Notes under the pieces: generated by a model
What the model was told of the DNA's origin: nothing
Database searches by the model: none
What the model saw: only the letters and a program-made list of their open reading frames with translations
Shown here: one piece after another, positions 8,638-19,800 of the stretch
Layout: each line of letters starts with the position of its first letter
Numbering within the stretch: the first letter of the stretch is position 1
Program-made: the position numbers and the translations under genes
Source: Escherichia phage RudolfBernhard_Bas96
Sequence record: PQ850623.1
Strand: one strand, 5' to 3'
Length of the DNA stretch: 64,000 nucleotides

Positions 8638-11292
8638 ATGGGCTTATTCAGTGGGAAGACCAAAGTATACGTAGCATCCTCTGTCTATAACATGGCAGGG
8701 GATATACACAAACGTCCAAACTATATGAAGACTGTAGTCATCGGTAAGATTGTTGCTGATACAGGATTCACTATGGCAGACACTATCTCTGATAGTTATC
8801 TGAATGGACCGGGTATTCGTATGCGATTGTTCTCCAGCTGGAGTAAGAATCACTATGATTCAGAAGTTGGTATGGCTGGTTCTTCATTAGGTGTACTGGC
8901 TAAGATTGACCCTACTGTTATAGAGGGTCAAATTACTCCACCTGCTGGTGAATCAGTCTATGTTCAGGCAGCAGAGATTGGCTTTGCTGACTTTGAGCAA
9001 TGGTGTGACCAATATCTTTATGAGAATGCCCCAAGTCGAATCATGGAACGATTCGACGTAGACATTGATGAAGATACCAATGAAATTACTATGACCTCCC
9101 TGGATGGGGGTTCTACCATTACATTCACACCTACTAACTTTGAACCAGGTGCTTTGTATCTCTATGCTGATTACACATTCTATAAGTCTCCATCTACCAA
9201 TCCACCGGTAGTAGGACCGACTACTGTCTATGATAGTGAAGGCGACTTACCGTCTACTTTGTTATGGACCACTATCTCAAGCGATACTACAGCTAATACA
9301 ACCAATCTTACTAAGACTATACAGACCCATTCTGTTTACTCTGATGGTAGACCAGATGAAGACAATACTGTCACTGAACCAAGCGTAGATAACTGGAACT
9401 CTTACGTTAAGGTTTATCGTAGAGGGTTTACTGAGAAACCCGATGATGTGACTGTAGTTGTATCTGACAGGGTAATGACTCATAAAAAGTTTGGTGAGGT
9501 TCAGTCCAGTACTACTGTAACTACTAATGTAGTTGATATAGGTGGTGGTGTTACTCGGACTGACACAATCACCACAACTACAGAGACACTGGTTCGTAAG
9601 TATTCATCCCAGACTACCCGTACTGATACAGAGATGACTGCTGTTGGTACACCTAAGATGCTTATCTATAAGCAGAACTCAGGCAACGTTGCACTCGATT
9701 CACTGTTTGAAACTGAGGCTACTGATAACCGATTCTATCCATTCATTCCAATCAGGAATGATAAACAATGGGTAGAGAATGATCCAATCTACCCCCACTG
9801 TAAGAAGGCACTCTATAAAGCTACTGGTGGTAAGCTTGATAAAGTAGTAACCGAGCTTAAGAAGAACGACGACATAGGTGATATCCAGTACATCTATGGC
9901 ACATTCGGTGTATCTCTTAATACTCCAGAAGATACTGCTAAGGAATACATCTACCGTTTCTTTCAGATGGCTACTGAAGCATTCCCACCTGACCCAACCT
10001 ACCCTACATTGGAAGCAGTGATTGCAGGTTATCAGGCAGCAAATGATGCAGTCGATGCATACGTAGAATGGTGGAACAGGCAGGAAGGTCAGATTGTTGG
10101 AACACCTCCTCCCTTGCCAGAATATCCTGTCATACCTAAGCGAGAGTTTAGGGTACATAGTAATAAGCAGTACAAGTATGACATGACTATTGGTTGGAAC
10201 TATGTGTCTGAAACTGCTCATTCTGGTGAAGCATGGTCTGGTGCTAAGCAAGGACAACTTCGAGCCAGATATGCAGGGGATATAACTCTTACTCGTAAGA
10301 ACATACGTACTGCTAGTAACTCTGGTTCGACTAAGAAGCTGGAAGTTACCACTACGTTTTATTCCATGCAGGAGTATGAGTTGCTTTGGCAGGACGGTAA
10401 CAACACCTACCGTAAACTTAGAGTACTGGGTCTGAACCATAACAATAGGGTATATAAAAATAAGTCAGTGAGTATTGATGTTGCTGAAGCAATGGGCGAT
10501 GCAGAAGAGAGTGGGTTCATTATCCCACTACACACTAACATCTACCGTTCAATGTCACTGACTCGTAGTACCCAACTGTCTACTGCCTGTTCCTACTTAG
10601 TTATGAACTCGTATAAGAAGGTTAAACAGAAGTGGTATCAAACCTCTGCCTTTAAGATTGTAGTTGTTGTGGTTGCTGTCGTTGTATCCGTATTCACTAT
10701 GGGTACTGGTGGTGCAGGTATTCTTGGGGCATATGGTGCAGTTGGTGCATCGCTAGGTTTTGTTGGATTGGCTGCTGTAATAGTGGGTGCTGTAGCAAAC
10801 GCCATTGCTGCAATGATTCTGATATCTATTATTACTAAAGTATCCACTTCACTGTTTGGTGATAAGCTAGGTTTTATCATTGCTGCTGTTGCTTCAATGG
10901 TAGCCATGAACGTTGGTACTGCTATGTCTACTGGTACATCCTTATCTACCTTAGCTAGTGAAATGATGAATGCTCAGAACATCATGCAACTTACCAGTTC
11001 AGTAGGTAACGGCATTAGCCAGTATATTAATGCATCTACGGCTGCTACTATTCAGAAAGCAGAGAGTGTAATGCAGCAGTACAATACTGATATGATGGCA
11101 ATCAATAAGCAGTATGAAGAAATGTTTGGTACTGCTGGGCAGGGTGTAATTGACCCCATGCAATTCGTGTCAATGGAGTCGATGGATTCTTTCCTCTCAC
11201 GTACTCTCATGACTGGTTCGGATATAGCTGACATGTCTTTAAACATGGTTGGCAGCTACTCTGATATGACTCTTAATACTGACCTTGTTTAA
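8638..11292 (+). CDS. Large virion/ejection protein with C-terminal multi-TM region (N4 gp53-like position)
   Basis: 884 aa; Thr-rich central region; about 100 residues of contiguous Gly/Ala/Val-rich hydrophobic sequence (VVVVVAVVVSVF...ILISIITKV) near the C-terminus. Confidence 0.5.
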   Translation: MGLFSGKTKVYVASSVYNMAGDIHKRPNYMKTVVIGKIVADTGFTMADTISDSYLNGPGIRMRLFSSWSKNHYDSEVGMAGSSLGVLAKIDPTVIEGQITPPAGESVYVQAAEIGFADFEQWCDQYLYENAPSRIMERFDVDIDEDTNEITMTSLDGGSTITFTPTNFEPGALYLYADYTFYKSPSTNPPVVGPTTVYDSEGDLPSTLLWTTISSDTTANTTNLTKTIQTHSVYSDGRPDEDNTVTEPSVDNWNSYVKVYRRGFTEKPDDVTVVVSDRVMTHKKFGEVQSSTTVTTNVVDIGGGVTRTDTITTTTETLVRKYSSQTTRTDTEMTAVGTPKMLIYKQNSGNVALDSLFETEATDNRFYPFIPIRNDKQWVENDPIYPHCKKALYKATGGKLDKVVTELKKNDDIGDIQYIYGTFGVSLNTPEDTAKEYIYRFFQMATEAFPPDPTYPTLEAVIAGYQAANDAVDAYVEWWNRQEGQIVGTPPPLPEYPVIPKREFRVHSNKQYKYDMTIGWNYVSETAHSGEAWSGAKQGQLRARYAGDITLTRKNIRTASNSGSTKKLEVTTTFYSMQEYELLWQDGNNTYRKLRVLGLNHNNRVYKNKSVSIDVAEAMGDAEESGFIIPLHTNIYRSMSLTRSTQLSTACSYLVMNSYKKVKQKWYQTSAFKIVVVVVAVVVSVFTMGTGGAGILGAYGAVGASLGFVGLAAVIVGAVANAIAAMILISIITKVSTSLFGDKLGFIIAAVASMVAMNVGTAMSTGTSLSTLASEMMNAQNIMQLTSSVGNGISQYINASTAATIQKAESVMQQYNTDMMAINKQYEEMFGTAGQGVIDPMQFVSMESMDSFLSRTLMTGSDIADMSLNMVGSYSDMTLNTDLV

Positions 11293-11305
11293 CAGGAGAA
11301 TCCCC

Positions 11306-11749
11306 ATGGATTTGTCATTCTTAACAGGCAACCAAACCCCACAGCCAGCTGCTATGTCTTGGATGTCTAATAACAATCAAAACTTTAATACCCCAGCTAT
11401 GAACTACAATCCGGGTGCAACTATTGGTATGAATGCAGGTACAGGGTTAGCTACCCCTGCATCTTTCTTATCTGGTTCAGCTAATCAGTTGGGTATGAAC
11501 GTACCTACCTTTCAACTAGGACTTGGTGCACTTGGTTCCTTAGCTGGTATCTATAGTGGTTTCCAGGCCAACAAACTAGCCAAAGACCAGTTGAACTTCA
11601 CTAAGAGTGTTACTAACACTAACCTGAATAATCAGATTAAGTCTTATAACACTGCACTGGAAGACCGTGCTCGTAGTCGTGCTACAGCAGAGAACCGTGA
11701 CCAGTCTTCGGCTGATGCTTATATTGCAGCTAATAAACTAACCCGTTAA
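11306..11749 (+). CDS. Small virion protein (N4 gp52-like position)
   Basis: ORF track starts at TTG 11285; ATG 11306 follows a strong AGGAGA RBS; Asn/Gly-rich. Confidence 0.5.
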   Translation: MDLSFLTGNQTPQPAAMSWMSNNNQNFNTPAMNYNPGATIGMNAGTGLATPASFLSGSANQLGMNVPTFQLGLGALGSLAGIYSGFQANKLAKDQLNFTKSVTNTNLNNQIKSYNTALEDRARSRATAENRDQSSADAYIAANKLTR

Positions 11750-11761
11750 TAGGAAACCATC

Positions 11762-13726
11762 ATGGCTCAGATAACGTGGAGAAATGTTGATGCACCTAAC
11801 TTCTCTGGAGTTGGTGACAGCATTCGCACATTTGGCAACATGATTGGTAACGCCACCTCCGGCTTAAGTGATGCACTGGGTAATTTCCAGAACGCTGCCA
11901 AGCAGGAGGCTGGCAATGCCGTCATGATGAATGCTATGCAGTACCAAGACCCTAATGAGTACCGTAATGCTTTGGCATCTGGTGCACTGTTTCAGGGAGT
12001 TGACCCTTCACTGGTAAACCAGCGTACCCTCCAAAACCTGGATGAGCGAGCAGGTACACTACTGACTCAACAAGGTCAGCAGGGAACCAATGACTACAAT
12101 TCTTATGTCTTTGACCGTTTACGGAATACTAATACTGCATTAGATAATGCCTCCCCTGCTATCCGTTTACTGTCTGAGGCATACCAGTCTGGTGACCAGA
12201 ATCGTATCAATACTGCGTTGGAACAGACACGTGATACATTGTCTGCACTCCCTGCCGACCAACAGCTTGAGCTGATGACCAGTCTCCAAGGTCAGGGTGG
12301 TCAGGCTATTAATCAGGCACAGAACCGTTTTGATTTGGGTGTTGCTCAACGTAATGATGCTGATAGTCAGGCAGCTATGGGTGTAATGTCACAGATTACT
12401 CGCGGTGCTGAGAACCCCAATGATGCCCGTCTGTTAGCAGAAGCATATAGCAAGAACCTGTCTCCGGTTGCACAGGCACGTTTGCAGGAAATGCTTGCAC
12501 GAGCATATCCGGGTGTTTACGGTAATAATGTTGGTGCTACGTCTGCTCCAGGTACTGCTGGTACACGTCAGGGTTCCCCTTACGATGTTACTTACCAGTT
12601 TGCTGGTACATCTACTCCTATTACTCAAATGAGTATTGGTGATGTAATTAAACACCAGGATGGTATGAAGTCGAAGCAGGGTGCTTCTCCTGTTGGTGCA
12701 TTCCAAATTAACCAAGCTACTCTGCTAGACTTCGCTCCCAAAGTTCTTGGTTCAGATTGGCAAAGCCAGCCTCTTTCTCCTGAGAACCAGGATAAGATTG
12801 GTAAGGCTATCTTCGAGGCCCGTAAGAACGGTAACCTTAAAGATACCTGGGCTGCTCTGCCTAACTCTACCCCAGGTGCTTATAAGGATATGACTTGGGA
12901 ACAGATTAAACCTGTTATTGCCCAAGCAGAAGTGGGGGCTGACCCTCTTGCTATGGTTCAGAATAATCAAGGTAATCAGGCAGTATCTACTCTGACTCAG
13001 GGTATGATTGGTACTCGTTCTATGCAGGATAATACCGGTAGTCTTAATACTGATTTCCTTGGTACTGTCACTGATAATACCCCGGTAGGTGAGATTGCTA
13101 ACCGTCTGTTGGAGGGTGATTTTAAAGGTGCTGACCGTAACTGGGTACTGAACCGACTGAACGATATTTCTCAACGTGGGAACATGTCACCAGCTATGGC
13201 TGCTGCTGTTATGCAACGTGCACAGACTGGCGTACCAGAAGGTTATATTAGCCGTGCTATTGATGCAGTTAACCCATTCATTACTAATGAAGCCGGTAAT
13301 GGTATGCGTCTTAATGACCGTCAGGTAGAACAGTTAATTGAGGGTGTGAAACGGGGAGAGCCACTGGAAGGTAGCGTTCGTAACCTGGGTCGTGCTCAAG
13401 CTATGCAGAATATTCAGGCAGCACAGACTGCATATGATGCTGCTGTAGCTGCACTGGCAAATACCCAGAATAAGATTAACACCGGACAAAGTGGTCTTAC
13501 TGCACTGTTACCTGCACGTCAGGAGGCTGTTACTAAAGCTGCTGCAATGCTCCAAGCTGCACTGGCACAAGTACAAGCTGACCCGGCTAACCTGGCTCCA
13601 AGAGGTTTCCAGTCACAGACTAGTGTGGACAGGGCACGAGCCAAGGAAGATGAAGAACGTGCTGCACGATACTTACGTCAGGCACAAGGATTGCCTGAGT
13701 ATATGCAACCAAGACAAAATCGGTAA
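11762..13726 (+). CDS. Virion/ejection protein (N4 gp51-like position)
   Basis: 654 aa; RBS AGGAAA; Gln/Asn/Ala-rich; segment GAFQINQATL loosely resembles a lytic-transglycosylase motif (weak). Confidence 0.5.
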   Translation: MAQITWRNVDAPNFSGVGDSIRTFGNMIGNATSGLSDALGNFQNAAKQEAGNAVMMNAMQYQDPNEYRNALASGALFQGVDPSLVNQRTLQNLDERAGTLLTQQGQQGTNDYNSYVFDRLRNTNTALDNASPAIRLLSEAYQSGDQNRINTALEQTRDTLSALPADQQLELMTSLQGQGGQAINQAQNRFDLGVAQRNDADSQAAMGVMSQITRGAENPNDARLLAEAYSKNLSPVAQARLQEMLARAYPGVYGNNVGATSAPGTAGTRQGSPYDVTYQFAGTSTPITQMSIGDVIKHQDGMKSKQGASPVGAFQINQATLLDFAPKVLGSDWQSQPLSPENQDKIGKAIFEARKNGNLKDTWAALPNSTPGAYKDMTWEQIKPVIAQAEVGADPLAMVQNNQGNQAVSTLTQGMIGTRSMQDNTGSLNTDFLGTVTDNTPVGEIANRLLEGDFKGADRNWVLNRLNDISQRGNMSPAMAAAVMQRAQTGVPEGYISRAIDAVNPFITNEAGNGMRLNDRQVEQLIEGVKRGEPLEGSVRNLGRAQAMQNIQAAQTAYDAAVAALANTQNKINTGQSGLTALLPARQEAVTKAAAMLQAALAQVQADPANLAPRGFQSQTSVDRARAKEDEERAARYLRQAQGLPEYMQPRQNR

Positions 13727-13736
13727 TACTAATAAA

Positions 13737-13757
13737 AGCCCTACGGGGCTTTTTTCT
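13737..13757 (+). terminator. Rho-independent terminator upstream of vRNAP gene
   Basis: Stem AGCCC/GGGCT with TACG loop followed by TTTTTT. Confidence 0.55.
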
Positions 13758-13820
13758 TTAACTGGCTTACTGTAGAGTAAGTTACCTATATACGATATAA
13801 GTTTGAACAGGAAACATGCT

Positions 13821-16800
13821 ATGTCAACATTTGACCGTCTGGCAGGTTTCGCAGACAGCATCACTAATGCTAAGCAAGTCGATGTCTCTACTGCAACCTC
13901 TCAGAAGCAAGCTGCACAAGGGCAAAGCCCTTTCCAATTAACCCCAGAGAATGCTTACAATCTCCAGACCGGACGAGTAGGTAATCTTGGAATCGGTGCA
14001 TTCGAACCAGGTTCACTTCAGGCAGATTTCACTCAAGCCTCCCCATTAGAAATCATTAATAAATACGGTAATGAGCAAGGTTTACAGATTCTTAATAGCC
14101 GAGCTAATGCTGCTGATGTTGTACGTCAGGACTTATCTAAACAACGTACTAACGCAGAAGCATTTGGCGATACTCTTTCTGGTGTTGGTCTTGGTGTTGC
14201 TAATACCCTTGGGGGCATTGCTGCTCTTGGTACAGGTCTGGTCAATGATAATGCCGGGGCATCCATTGCTTCCGGGATGGATTGGTTGAATGAAGGTGTA
14301 CACAATCTACAGTCTGATGCACTGAATGCTACCCGTAAAGTTGTTCAGAATCAGAACCAGATTTCTGCTCAAAAGAACCAGAAACTCTATGAACAAGACA
14401 TCAAAAATGGGGAGAGCGATTTGGTTGCCTCCTTGTCTCGCATTGGTCGTGACGCTTTCGATTCTGTTGCTAACACACTTGATAATGGTATGGCTGTTTC
14501 CGACGGACTGAGTGAAGGTGTTGGTTCTCTCTTTACTGGTGGTCCACTTATCCGTGGTGTATCTGCACTAGGTAAAGTAATGGTAGGGGGTGATAAAGCT
14601 GTTAAGGGTATTACCTTAGCTGCTGGGTTAGGTTCACGTCCTGCACAGGTTGCATTGTCTGCCGGTCGTGTTGCTGCACCTGCTATCGCAATCGGTGGTA
14701 TGGAAGCAGGTGGTGCATACCAACAGACTGCTTCTGAAATCATGAAGATGTCCCATCAAGAACTGGCAAGTAAGTCTCCTGTTTACCAACAACATATTGC
14801 CGATGGTTTATCTCCTGATGAAGCACGACGTCAGGCTGCATCTGAAACAGGTATTATTGCTGCTGGCTTAACTGCTCCAGTTGCTGCTGCTACCGGTCCA
14901 CTGGTATCTCGCTTTGAACTTAACCCACTTAAGGTAGGTTCACTGGCAGGTGCTGGTTCTAATATGCTGCGTGAAACTGTAGAGGAAGGTATTCAATCCG
15001 GCTTTGGTCAGTTCGCACAGAATACTGCAATCAAAGGAAACGTTGATGCATCCCGTGACACCCTCAAAGGGGTTGGTGAGCAGGCAGGTCTTGGTGCACT
15101 TTATGGGTTCGGTAGTGCTGGGGTTGCTCAGGCTCCTGGTGCAACTGTTAAAGCAGTTGGTGCTTCTGCTGGTCCTGCTCTTCGTACTACCCTGGCTGGT
15201 GCTTCTCTGGTTGGTAAAACATTAGCAAAAGCTGCCTCTCCTCTTACTAACATCCTGGTTCAACGTGGTGAAGAAGTTGCTAAGCGTAATGAACAAGCAT
15301 CCCCTGTAGCTGATGCTACGGTTAATGCTGCTGCACAGGAAGCTGCTGCTCAGGCAGAACAAGCACAAGCAACTGTACAGGAAGCAGTAGATGCAATGGA
15401 TATCACTCCAGAAGAGAAAGCTGCTGCTACCCAATACGCTGCTGATTTAACTCAGGCAATGAAGTTTGACCCAGTAGAATTGGAACAAGCTAACCCAGTA
15501 ATCCGTGAAGCTGTTTCTGGCTCTACTAACCGTGTAGAAGCTATTCAGAAGATGGCTGACCTGGTTAATACTGCTGAAGACCCTAACGTTCAAATGGAAG
15601 CTGCAATCCAGATGTATGACAACATCATGTCTATGGATAGCTTCATTAACCGTGACCCAGGTGCACTGGCTAATCTGGAACAAGGTTCTCCTGCTGCTGC
15701 AATCGTAGACCAGTTCTCTGGCTTGATGGCTAACGTACAGAATACCCCTAAAGTACTTCGCGCATTCCGTGCCATCCATTCCATGATTCAGGAACAGGCT
15801 GAAGCAGGTAAATTGAAAGCTACTGAAGAAGCCAATCAAGCCCAAGCAAACAATATTGCTATGGCTGCTGATGTGTCCCCAGAAGTGCTAGATGCAGATT
15901 CAGTGAACATGGTTCTGAAACATGCAAGTGAAGGTAAGATTACATTGGGGAATCGTCAACGTGCTGCCCTGCAATCTGCTGCTGCCTTGTTACAGGGTGC
16001 ACGAGAGTTCGACGCTAAAGCAGAAGAACTAGGCTTACGTCCTCAAGACATTGTTAGTAAACAGATTAAAACCGACGAGTCTCGTTCTAATGAAGGACAG
16101 TACTCTGCGTTGCAACATGCGAAACGCATTCGTTCTGCGTATAACTCTGGTAACTTCGATTTGGCCTCCGCTTATCTGAGCGACTTTATGAAGTTCGCCC
16201 AGCACATGCAGAATAAGGTCGGAGCGTTGAATGAGCATCTGATTTCGGGGAATGCGGATAAGAATAAGTCTGTTCATTATCAGGCTCTCTCGCCTTCCCG
16301 TGAATGGGTACGTAGTCGTACTGGCCTCGGTGTCAATCCGTATGATACCAAATCTGTTAAGTTTGCCCAGCAAGTAGGACTGGAGGCCAAAACCGTAGCT
16401 GATATTGCTAATGCACTTGCTACGGCTTACCCGGAGCTTAATGTTTCTCATGTGAAGGTTACCCCATTGGATTCACGTCTGGACAAGCCTGCTGCCCAGG
16501 TAGTTAAAGAGTTCCGTCAAGGTGGTCTTGATGCCACTCAGTCTCAACAGACTAATGAACCAGTGAATCAGGTTGATGAAACTCCTGCACCAGTGCAAGA
16601 GGACACTACTACTGTACAGCCTAAAGCTAAACCAGTGGTAGAAAATAAGACTGCTCCTACTAAGGAGACTAGTCCAAAAACAGAAGAAGTCTCTACTACT
16701 AAGCCTGAAACAGTAGATGCTACCCTTACTAATGAGGATACCATCGAGCAACCTACTGAATCGGAAAGAGATGCTTATGTGAAAGAGAATACTATTTCAC

Positions 16801-19800
16801 AAGATACTCTTAATAAGTATGGTGACCGTAGAGAGAGTCCATGGCTCTTTGCTGATGGTACTGTTGTTGGTTCTAACGGTGACCATATCAGTCTGTCTGA
16901 TGTATTTGGTCATGATGGTTATCGTGATATGTCCTTGGATACTGGTGCTATTCGCTCTACTTTCTATAAAGGTAGTGAGCAACCATTTGTATCTCTGCAA
17001 TTGTTTGATAATCAGAAGTTGACTGCTGAACAATTCAATACTGTTCAATCTTTCGTTGAAGCCAATAATGCACAGATTCTGGTTGGTGTAGATACCTCTG
17101 GTCGTAACACTAACAACGTGGAGAAAGATGAGGTATCACTGGCTCAGCTAAAAGCAGGTTATACTGTTGGTGGTAAACCTCTGTCTGAAATGGAAACAGT
17201 GTTCCCTGTCTATAACAATGAAAAGACACCGAACCAGTTCCTGAAAGCATTCTCTCTGCCGGAAGAACCTAAGTCTCGTACCATTGGTTCCGAATCCCCT
17301 TTAGCTGATATTAAGCAAGCACTCTCTTCTGCTGCTCGCTTTGAAGCATTTACTCAAAAAGAAAATAACGCTCTCACAGGTGATGTGTTAAAACGCTATC
17401 AAGACTTGATGGACTTTGGGGAAACTCTGAAGACTACTTTGTCTGAACGACTGGCTAAGTTCCTTGCTAACAAAAATGTTGGTAAACGTTTTGCAGAAGG
17501 TACTGAAGCTAACCGTTGGGTAGGTGGTAAGTTACTTAACATCGTAGAGAAAGATGGAGATACCTTTAAGTTTAATGATCAGTTGTTAGAGACTGCTGTA
17601 CTTGCTGGTCTGCAATGGCGACTAACTGCTACACAGAATGCTGCCATTAAAGATATGAAAGACGTAGCTGCTATTACTGGTGTAGAAGCATCTCTGTTAC
17701 CAGAAGGCATTCTGGCTGAGTTCGAGAATGCCCAGACTTTAGTAGAAGCTACTAGCTCACTGGCTCAGAAGATTGAATCCTACTGGGGTTTGAATCGTAA
17801 CCCTAATGCACCACTGGGTTATACCAAGGGTATTCCAGTGGCAATGGCTACAGAGATTTTGTCTTCCCTCATTGAGATGGGTGCAGTTACTGAGACTATG
17901 CTGGATGTGTCTGAGATTGACCCAGACTCTAATAAGACTGTTGGTCTGTACACTATTAATAAGTTGGCTGATAAAGACCCTATTAATAATTTCCCTACAG
18001 CAATTGAAGAAGCTGTTTTGGTAAACCCGGAAGAGAAAATGTACTTTGGTGATGACATTCCTTCCGTGGCTCAAACTCAGTTACGTAACCCTGCTGTTAA
18101 GAACACCCCTGAACAGAAAGCTGCACTGAAAGCCGAACAGGCTACCGAGTTCCGTGTACACATGCCGATGGTTAACTTCTATGAAGCTTTAGGCCGTGAC
18201 AACATTCTGGAACTAATGGGTGCTGGTACTCTTAATCCTGATTTGCTGAATAAGAACAATGCTAAATCACTGGAAGGTAAGAACTTATCAGTATCTATGG
18301 CATATGATTCCTTGTTTGGTTTAATTAATCAGCTAAAAGAACAAGAGAATGGTTTGGATACCCCTATTCACTATGGCTATAACATGACCCGAGTAGGTCG
18401 TATGCAGATGCTTGGTAAGAACAACCCACAATCCAGTAAGCTGGTTCGTGAAGCAATTCTGCCAACCTTCTCTACTATTGACTTGAGTAATGAAAACAGC
18501 CAAGCGTTCTCTGACTTCCAGTTAGGACTGGCTCAGGCATTAGGCATCAAGGTACACAAAATGTCCCGTGAAGCTATGGCCGAAGAGTTGACTAAAGCTC
18601 TGGAAGGTAAACTGAAACCTGCTGTTGATATGATGGTTGAGTTCGATAAGTCTGGTTACTTACCTACAGATGCAGTAGATATTCTGAAGACCTCTCTGGG
18701 TGATAACAAATCCTTCGTAGCTCTCATGGCTCTGATGGAATATGCCCGTTACCTGAACAGTGATGACCGTGCCAACTTTACTACTCCCCTGTACGTTGAA
18801 GCTGATGGTGTAACCAACGGCCCAATCAACGCAATGGTATTAATGACTGGTGGTAAGTTCACTTCGGACTGGATTAAGAATACTGCCAAAGGTGGTTTGT
18901 TCTTCGGTCGTGCTGGTAAAACGATGAACGAACATTGTTCTATTGACGATAATGTTGACCTGTATGAAGCATCTACTAATGGTCTGCAATTTTATCTAAA
19001 TGAGTTACGTACTACTTACCGTAACAATATTCCGGTTATGAGCCAGATGAATCATCTCCAGAAGTTAATGGATTTGTTCATTAAAGATTTTAACCTGAAT
19101 GAAGACGGTACTCTGGACCTGAAACGTGGCATCGCTAAAAACCCCCTGACCATTACCATCTACGGTTCTGGTGCTCGTGGTATTGCTGGCAAGATGGTTA
19201 GTGCAATCACTGACACCATCTACGAACGCCTCAGTGACGTTCTACAAGCACGGGCTGCTGACCCTAGCATTTCCCCAGCTATGGCAATGTTTGGTAAGGA
19301 GGCTGCGTCTGAGGCAGATGCTCAGGCTATGCTGAATACCTTCCTTACTTCTATGGAAGCACTGACCGGTAAGATTCCAGCTAAGCGTAAAGGTAAGTTA
19401 TTTATTAAGGAAGTAGATGGTGCTCTGACTGGTGAGCTAGATCCCCAGGAGTTTACTGTATCTGGTGATGCCCTTAAGAACTTACAAGAGAATATGTTGC
19501 ACTTCTTCGTTGAACCAATGAGACAAAGTATCCGGTTCACCGTTGGTGAAGGTCTGATGCACTCCACTGAGAACTTACAGAAGGCTACCCAGATTCAGTC
19601 TCTGGTATTGCAGGATATGTTCCAACAAGCAGTACAAGCTAAGCTGGCAGAAAAAGAAAAAGACCCATCCTGGAAGAAGGGTGATTTCTTAACACAGAAA
19701 GAACTGAATGAAATTCAGAAATCATTGTCTCCACTGGCTCCAATGATTGAGACTGGTTCACAGACTTTCTACATTGCAGGAAGTGAGAATACTGATGTTG

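Noticed and set aside
9700-10440. 246-aa - strand ORF inside the 884-aa virion protein gene
   Set aside because: Antisense within a long late gene; Cys/Ile-rich low-complexity translation.
13803-13820. TTG start of the vRNAP ORF (and TTG/GTG starts of several other track ORFs)
   Set aside because: An in-frame ATG with a good Shine-Dalgarno lies 6-30 codons downstream in each case (13821, 11306, 46827, 48890, 26098).
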